In this document: positions 58,797 to 64,000 of the stretch, piece after piece
How positions within the stretch are numbered: the first letter of the stretch is position 1
Layout: every line of letters starts with the position of its first letter
Source: Deltaproteobacteria bacterium
Lineage (GTDB): Bacteria > Myxococcota_A > Polyangia > Polyangiales > Houyiibacteriaceae
Reading direction: 5' to 3'
Length of the DNA: 64,000 bases
Assembly: GCA_034670305.1 (NCBI GenBank)
Contig: JAXMNT010000011.1
Coordinates: 32,001 to 96,000, forward strand
Made by a program: the position numbers and the translations under genes
Notes under the pieces: model-generated
Told to the model about the DNA's origin: nothing
What the model saw: the letters and a program-made list of their open reading frames with translations, nothing else
The model's database searches: none

Positions 58797-60694
58797 TCGC
58801 CGCTGCCGAGGACCAGCGGGTTCCGAATCAAGACGTAGGCCTGGTCGGCGGACATGTTGTCGTTGACCGTGCTGCCACCAAACGTCTGGAGCGCCCAGAA
58901 CATCATGTTGCGGTTGTCGTTGTAGCGGGTGTCGTCGAGGGGGTCACCACCGCCAAAGGGCGCGCATCCCATCGTCTCGCCGGGTCCGCAGGGGCGGCCG
59001 TTCTCGGTGGAGTGGAAGAGCCCGAGGAAGTGACCGGTCTCGTGCGCGAAGACCTGGCCGGGAATGCTGCTGCCCCCACCGAGCACACCCCACGCCACGA
59101 CGATGCCGCTGTGGCCGGATCCATGGACGCCGGGCGGTCCAGGAATGCCGCCGGCGATGCCGAGGGTGGAGCCGCCGCCGTCGCCATCGATGTCCTGGAC
59201 GAGGAAGATGTTGAGCGCGAGCCCGTCGCGTCCCGCGCTCTGCTGGAAGAGCTGCGCGAGTTCGCTCCCCGGACCATCCGTGCTGTCGATCACCCGGAAG
59301 CGGCTGTCGGTCACGTCGAAGTACGACACGTCGCCCACCGAGATGTCGGCCTGCCCGAAGATGGTGCTGAACCGGGCCAGGCTGGCCTGGAGTTGACTCT
59401 CGCCCGGCGCGCTGGCCGCGTTGAACCCGAGTCCAGGACCGACGAATACGTTCACGTCGAGGTTGTTGCCGGTCCGGCGTTTCACGAGCGCGCGCACCCG
59501 AATGCGCACCGAGCCGTCGCCCCCACCAAGCGCCGCGACCGTGAACCCGTGGCGACCCGGCAGGTACCGCGTCTCGGGCGTGTTTGGGATCAGCATCGCG
59601 ATGGCGCCTTCGCTGTCGAGCGGGAACCATCGGATCGGCTGGTCGATCAACATCGAGATCTCGTTGAGGTCGAAGAGGCGCGCGTTGTTCGGGTCGAACA
59701 CGCTCACGAACGAGAGCGGCAGGTTGTCGCCCGATACCCGCTCGGCGACGAGGGTGACGCTCCGCGAACCGTTCGCGGTCGCGAAGTCGAGCCGGCGCGT
59801 GCCGGAGCCTTCGTCCACGTCGAACTCGCCGAAGTCGATCACGTCCACCGTGCCGTCCAGGTCCGCGTAGCCGCAGCCTTGCCAGGTGTTCCCGTCGGCG
59901 TCTTCGAGGTCGCGGCACACCTGGCCCGCGAGGCAGTCGTCCGCCGTCGCGCACGGTTCGGTGCACTGGCTGGCCACACAGGTGTAGGCGTCGCACTCGG
60001 TCAATCCGCGCGCGACCGCGCAGCGTCCACCGAGCAACGCTCCGTCCAGGTTCGGTGCGAGGCAGACGGTCTCGGCAGCGCCGTCGCCGTCCGTGTCGCC
60101 AACCACTGCGCAGGCGTCGACGCCAGGGCAAGCCAGCCGGCGATCGCACCGGACGCGGCAGCCACCGCCGTACTCCGCGCCGACGCACACGCCGTCGCAG
60201 GTCGCGGGATCACAATCGGTCGGTCCGGCGTCGACCGGCATCGGCACACACATCTCGTCGACGCAGATGTCGGTCCCGGGACACTCGTCCGACGTCGTGC
60301 ATTCCGGGCCGCCGCAGGTGCCGGTCTCGGTGTCGCAGACGGATTCGGCGCCGCACTCTCCATCCGAAGAACACGGCGGGCGGCAGGTGCCGCGCCAACA
60401 GCGGTATCCATCGCGGCAATCGGCTGGGCCGCTGCACATCGCCAAACAGAGGGGCAATCCGAGATCCGGGACGCACGTCGCGATGTCGGGACAGGGGGTC
60501 TCGTCGTCGCAGACCGAGGTGCAGTAGCCCCCCGGGAACCGTCCGTCGTCCACGCAGGCCAGACCTTCGCAGCCATCGGCGCAGGCACCACCGAACGGAA
60601 GGTCGGGCGGATCCGGCGGCGGCATGGAGGACTTGGAACAGGCTCCGGCGACGAGGGTCAGTCCGAGCAGCGCGAGGAGGGTGGGTCGAATCAT
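58793..60694 (-). CDS. Cys-rich lipoprotein with C-terminal metzincin (M43-like) metalloprotease domain
   Basis: VAGAC lipobox, PGGYCT Cys repeats, HETGHFLGLFH and Met-turn NMM. Confidence 0.88.
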   Translation of the reverse strand: MIRPTLLALLGLTLVAGACSKSSMPPPDPPDLPFGGACADGCEGLACVDDGRFPGGYCTSVCDDETPCPDIATCVPDLGLPLCLAMCSGPADCRDGYRCWRGTCRPPCSSDGECGAESVCDTETGTCGGPECTTSDECPGTDICVDEMCVPMPVDAGPTDCDPATCDGVCVGAEYGGGCRVRCDRRLACPGVDACAVVGDTDGDGAAETVCLAPNLDGALLGGRCAVARGLTECDAYTCVASQCTEPCATADDCLAGQVCRDLEDADGNTWQGCGYADLDGTVDVIDFGEFDVDEGSGTRRLDFATANGSRSVTLVAERVSGDNLPLSFVSVFDPNNARLFDLNEISMLIDQPIRWFPLDSEGAIAMLIPNTPETRYLPGRHGFTVAALGGGDGSVRIRVRALVKRRTGNNLDVNVFVGPGLGFNAASAPGESQLQASLARFSTIFGQADISVGDVSYFDVTDSRFRVIDSTDGPGSELAQLFQQSAGRDGLALNIFLVQDIDGDGGGSTLGIAGGIPGPPGVHGSGHSGIVVAWGVLGGGSSIPGQVFAHETGHFLGLFHSTENGRPCGPGETMGCAPFGGGDPLDDTRYNDNRNMMFWALQTFGGSTVNDNMSADQAYVLIRNPLVLGSGE

Positions 60695-60839
60695 GAAAGC
60701 TGAGTGGGCCGCTGTGGCGAGTGGCAGGAAGCAAACTGGTGGGCGCGCGATGCGGCTCACGCTGGTAGAGTATACGCGGGAATCGCAACGCGTCGGGCGC
60801 TCAGTCGGACTGCAACGGGAGTGAAGGGTTGAGCGCAGG

Positions 60840-62093
60840 GTGACAGGGACCTCCTACGGACGTTTCGAGCTGATTCGGAAGATCGCAGCCGGTGGCATGG
60901 CGGAGATCTTTCTCGGTCGCCAGTGGGGGGAGGGCGGCTTCTTCCGGGACGTCGTCATCAAGCGTCTGTTCCAGAACTTCGTCGAGCACGAGCCGACGCT
61001 GCGCATGTTCCACTACGAGGCGCGCCTGCTCGCCCACCTCTCGCACCCGAACATCCCGCAGGTCTTCGACCTCGGGTTCGCGGACGGCACCTGGTTCCTC
61101 GCGATGGAGTACGTCGACGGGTGGAACGTGGCCGACGTGTGGCGGGCCGGCTCCCGCACGAAGCTCCCCATGCCACTGCACGTGACGATCGGCGTCGTGA
61201 TGCAGGTCTGCGAAGCGCTTCACCATGCCCACGAGTGCCGTGACAAAGCCGACCGGCCGCTCCGCATCATTCACCGCGACGTCACCCCTCAGAACGTGAT
61301 GCTGACCCGCGATGGCGTCGCCAAGTTGATGGACTTCGGTGTGGCGAAGACCGACGCGCGGCCTGCGACCGAAGCGGGTCTGGTCAAAGGCACCTTCAGC
61401 TACATGGCGCCCGAGCAGGTGCGCAGCCGCCCCATCGATCGCCGCGCCGACGTGTTCTCGCTCGGGGTCATTCTGTACGAGCTCACCACCGGCAGCCGGC
61501 TCTTCCGCGGCAACGACATGCAGGTGATGACCCAGGTCGTCGAGACCGACGCGCCCTCGCCCCGCACGCGCATCCCGGACTACCCAGAGGACCTGGAAGA
61601 GATCGTGCTCGCGGCGCTTCGGCGGGACGCGCGCGGCCGGATTGGGAGCGCCGCGGATCTCGCGCTGCACCTCGAACACTTCGCGCTCCGACACGGGCTG
61701 CTGGTCGGTCCGCGCGCCATCGCGACCTACCTCTCGCAGCTCTTTCCTTCCGAGCGGGTCGCGGAGCACGAGATGGGCCTCGTGCCGCCTTCGGACGCAC
61801 CGCACGCGCACGCGGATCCCGCGTCCACCGACGCGCTCCTGGTGGACGACGCCGACTTCGAAGAGGTGGATGAGGACGCGGCGCGACCACTGGACGCGCC
61901 GGAGATCGCCGACGACAGCTTGCCTGGGTTTCTCCCGATCTCGATCGACGAGACCGGAGGGCGGCCGGTGGTGCTGCTCGACGCCAAGAAGAAGCGTAGC
62001 AAACGCGAAGACGAGACCCCGGTCGCGCCAGCCGACGGGTATCTGGAAGATCTGATGCGGCGGCTCGAAGAAGAGGGCGAAGGCAACACCTAG
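60840..62093 (+). CDS. Cytoplasmic Ser/Thr protein kinase
   Basis: IAAGGMAE, VIKRL, HRDVTPQN, DFG and YMAPEQ; acidic tail and no TM. Confidence 0.93.
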   Translation: MTGTSYGRFELIRKIAAGGMAEIFLGRQWGEGGFFRDVVIKRLFQNFVEHEPTLRMFHYEARLLAHLSHPNIPQVFDLGFADGTWFLAMEYVDGWNVADVWRAGSRTKLPMPLHVTIGVVMQVCEALHHAHECRDKADRPLRIIHRDVTPQNVMLTRDGVAKLMDFGVAKTDARPATEAGLVKGTFSYMAPEQVRSRPIDRRADVFSLGVILYELTTGSRLFRGNDMQVMTQVVETDAPSPRTRIPDYPEDLEEIVLAALRRDARGRIGSAADLALHLEHFALRHGLLVGPRAIATYLSQLFPSERVAEHEMGLVPPSDAPHAHADPASTDALLVDDADFEEVDEDAARPLDAPEIADDSLPGFLPISIDETGGRPVVLLDAKKKRSKREDETPVAPADGYLEDLMRRLEEEGEGNT

Positions 62094-62238
62094 GAGGTGT
62101 TGCCGTAGGTCGGAGCACGGCTCGCGTCTCAGCCTCTGCCGCGGGGGTTCGCGGCACCTGGTGCTGATTTCTGAGCAGACACACGAACTGCTGCACCTGA
62201 CGGTGTGCCTGGTCCTGGAATCCAGCTAGGGTGGGCGC

Positions 62239-64000
62239 GTGGCACACACAGGCGCAGAGCGAATCGTCCAGGCACGGAAAGAGGCGGTGTCCGACCAGGA
62301 CTGGGCACGGTTTGTCACCACTTGCGCCGATGTGGTGGCGCAGGTCGACTCCGAAGGGGACCTCGCCGGGGCGCTGCGGTTGATCGAAGAAGTGCTCGCC
62401 GATGGGGTCGAGAGCGGGGATCCGGGCCTCCTTCACGCGTGGCGGTCGACCTTGATGGCGGCCCTTGGGGACGTGGATGGCGCGCGCGGCGCGTACGAGC
62501 AGGCGGTGGCCTCGGCGGATGCGTCGGTGCTCTCGTCCGCGATCGTGCCGGTCAGCGCCCGCGCGATGGGACGGATCGCGCTGCTCACCGGCGAGACCGA
62601 GACGGCGCTGGTGAAGTTCGAAGAGGCGGCCCGCGGGGCGACGTCGAGCGGTGCGTTGGGCGAGCAGTGTCGCGCGCTCCTCGAGGCGGCGGCGGCGTTG
62701 CTCGAACGGGATGGGCCGGCGGATGGATCGGCGGCGGTGGGCAAGCTGGCGCGGGTGCGGACGGTGCTCGACGCGGAGGACGGACTCGAAGCGATGCGGC
62801 TGCCGTTGAGGCTTCTGCTCGCGCGCGCGCGAGCGGTCACCGGCGATGTCGATGGCGGGGTGGAGGACACCGAGACGGTGATCGAGCTCGCGAAGTCGGC
62901 CGGTCGGCGCGATGTGCATTGGCGCGCACTCGCGGCGCTCGCGCAGTTGCAGTCGATGCGCGGCGCGGACTTCGTGGCACGGCGTCACGACCAAGCGGCG
63001 ATGGAGGTCCTGGAGTCGGTGGTGCTCTCGCTGCCGCTGAAGGTCCGCGAAGCGTTCTGGCGCGACCCGATTCGGCGCGCGGTGCGGCTGCGTGCGAGCG
63101 CCGCCACCGATCGGCACTCGCAGGTCGCGCGAGTCGAACCGACGGGTCTGTTCGACTCGCGGACCATGAAGCTGCTCGACGTGCTCAAGCGGCTCGCCTC
63201 GGAACACGAGCTCGATCGGCTGCTCGAGCGCATCACCGACGCGGCGGTCGAGCTGAGCGGCGCCGAACGCGGCTTCGTGCTGATGCCGAACGCCGAAGGC
63301 GCGCTCGAACCCAAACTCGTGCGCGCGGCGGCGGCCCACCCGGACGATCCTTCGGTCGCATTCAGCCAGTCCATCGCCGAAGCGGTGCTGATCGATGGTG
63401 AGCCGATCGTCACGGTGGACGCGCAGGGCGACCGGCGGCTGAGCGAGTACCTCTCGGTGCACAAGTTGATGTTGCGCTCGGTGGCGTGTCTGCCGATCCG
63501 CGGACCCTCGGGCCCGGTCGGGGTGCTCTACCTCGAACACCGGATGCGGCGCGGCCGGTTCCCGGAAGACGAACTCGATCTGCTCTTGGCGTTCGCAGAC
63601 CAGGCGGCCATCGCGCTCGAGAACGCGCGGCTCGTCGGTGAACTCGAGCGACGCAAACTCGAGCTCGAGAAAGCGAACCAAGAACTCGAGGCGGCGAAGG
63701 CCCAGGTGGAACGGGTGCTCGTCGCGCGCACCGACGAACTCGAAGACACCCGGCGCGAACTCGACCGGACCCGACTCGATGCGCGCAAGCGGTACCAGCG
63801 ACGCGGCATCATCGGTCGCTCGGAACCGATGCGGCGCGTCTTCGCGGTGATCGACCGCGTGGCGGAGACCGACGTGCCCGTGGTGGTCCAGGGCGAGAGC
63901 GGCACCGGCAAAGAGCTCGTGGCCCGCGCGGTCCACTACACCGGCACCCGCAGCAAACGATCGTTTGTGGCGCTCAACTGCGCGGCGATCCCCGAAGCGC
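62239..64000 (+). CDS. TPR-like/GAF/sigma-54 AAA+ activator, 3' end outside the window
   Basis: Open from GTG 62239 to the edge; GAERGF and LRSVACLPI (GAF), IIGRS, GESGTGKELVARAVH and FVALNCAAIP. Confidence 0.9.
   Translation, partial: MAHTGAERIVQARKEAVSDQDWARFVTTCADVVAQVDSEGDLAGALRLIEEVLADGVESGDPGLLHAWRSTLMAALGDVDGARGAYEQAVASADASVLSSAIVPVSARAMGRIALLTGETETALVKFEEAARGATSSGALGEQCRALLEAAAALLERDGPADGSAAVGKLARVRTVLDAEDGLEAMRLPLRLLLARARAVTGDVDGGVEDTETVIELAKSAGRRDVHWRALAALAQLQSMRGADFVARRHDQAAMEVLESVVLSLPLKVREAFWRDPIRRAVRLRASAATDRHSQVARVEPTGLFDSRTMKLLDVLKRLASEHELDRLLERITDAAVELSGAERGFVLMPNAEGALEPKLVRAAAAHPDDPSVAFSQSIAEAVLIDGEPIVTVDAQGDRRLSEYLSVHKLMLRSVACLPIRGPSGPVGVLYLEHRMRRGRFPEDELDLLLAFADQAAIALENARLVGELERRKLELEKANQELEAAKAQVERVLVARTDELEDTRRELDRTRLDARKRYQRRGIIGRSEPMRRVFAVIDRVAETDVPVVVQGESGTGKELVARAVHYTGTRSKRSFVALNCAAIPEA

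Noticed and set aside
62094-62238. Hairpin TGCCGCG/CGCGGCA as terminator or riboswitch
   Set aside because: No U-tract and no recognisable aptamer consensus

Overview
High-GC chromosomal window whose gene content points to a myxobacterium (Myxococcota, probably Polyangiales-like): AglZ-like pseudo-receiver/coiled-coil protein, a bactofilin pair, a MYXO-CTERM-like DUF2330 protein, a DUF1592/DUF1552 pair, three Ser/Thr kinases, two sigma-54 activators and many Cys-rich lipoproteins. Housekeeping genes include tatA, lexA, pyrE, rsmA, astD, a GshA-type ligase and an RlmI-like methyltransferase. I found no rRNA, tRNA or CRISPR array. The most unusual signals lie outside the gene calls. (1) About eleven degenerate hexamer arrays share a fixed polarity, (GTGCCC)n-(GCCGAN)n-(GGGCAA)n. 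(2) The DNA flanking each array has a G/C skew, visible in synonymous codons, that follows array orientation and not gene orientation. (3) Three arrays sit in frame between a start codon and the real N-terminal signal or membrane segment of a gene, and one marks the point where an ACT gene is truncated. (4) The same hexamer arms bracket a decayed four-helix-bundle (IVS/Avd-like) gene. (5) A solitary RAYT-like HUH/Y1 transposase lies between roughly 330-380 bp imperfect inverted repeats. Protein calls come from motif recognition by eye, with no database search. Start codons and repeat boundaries are approximate.
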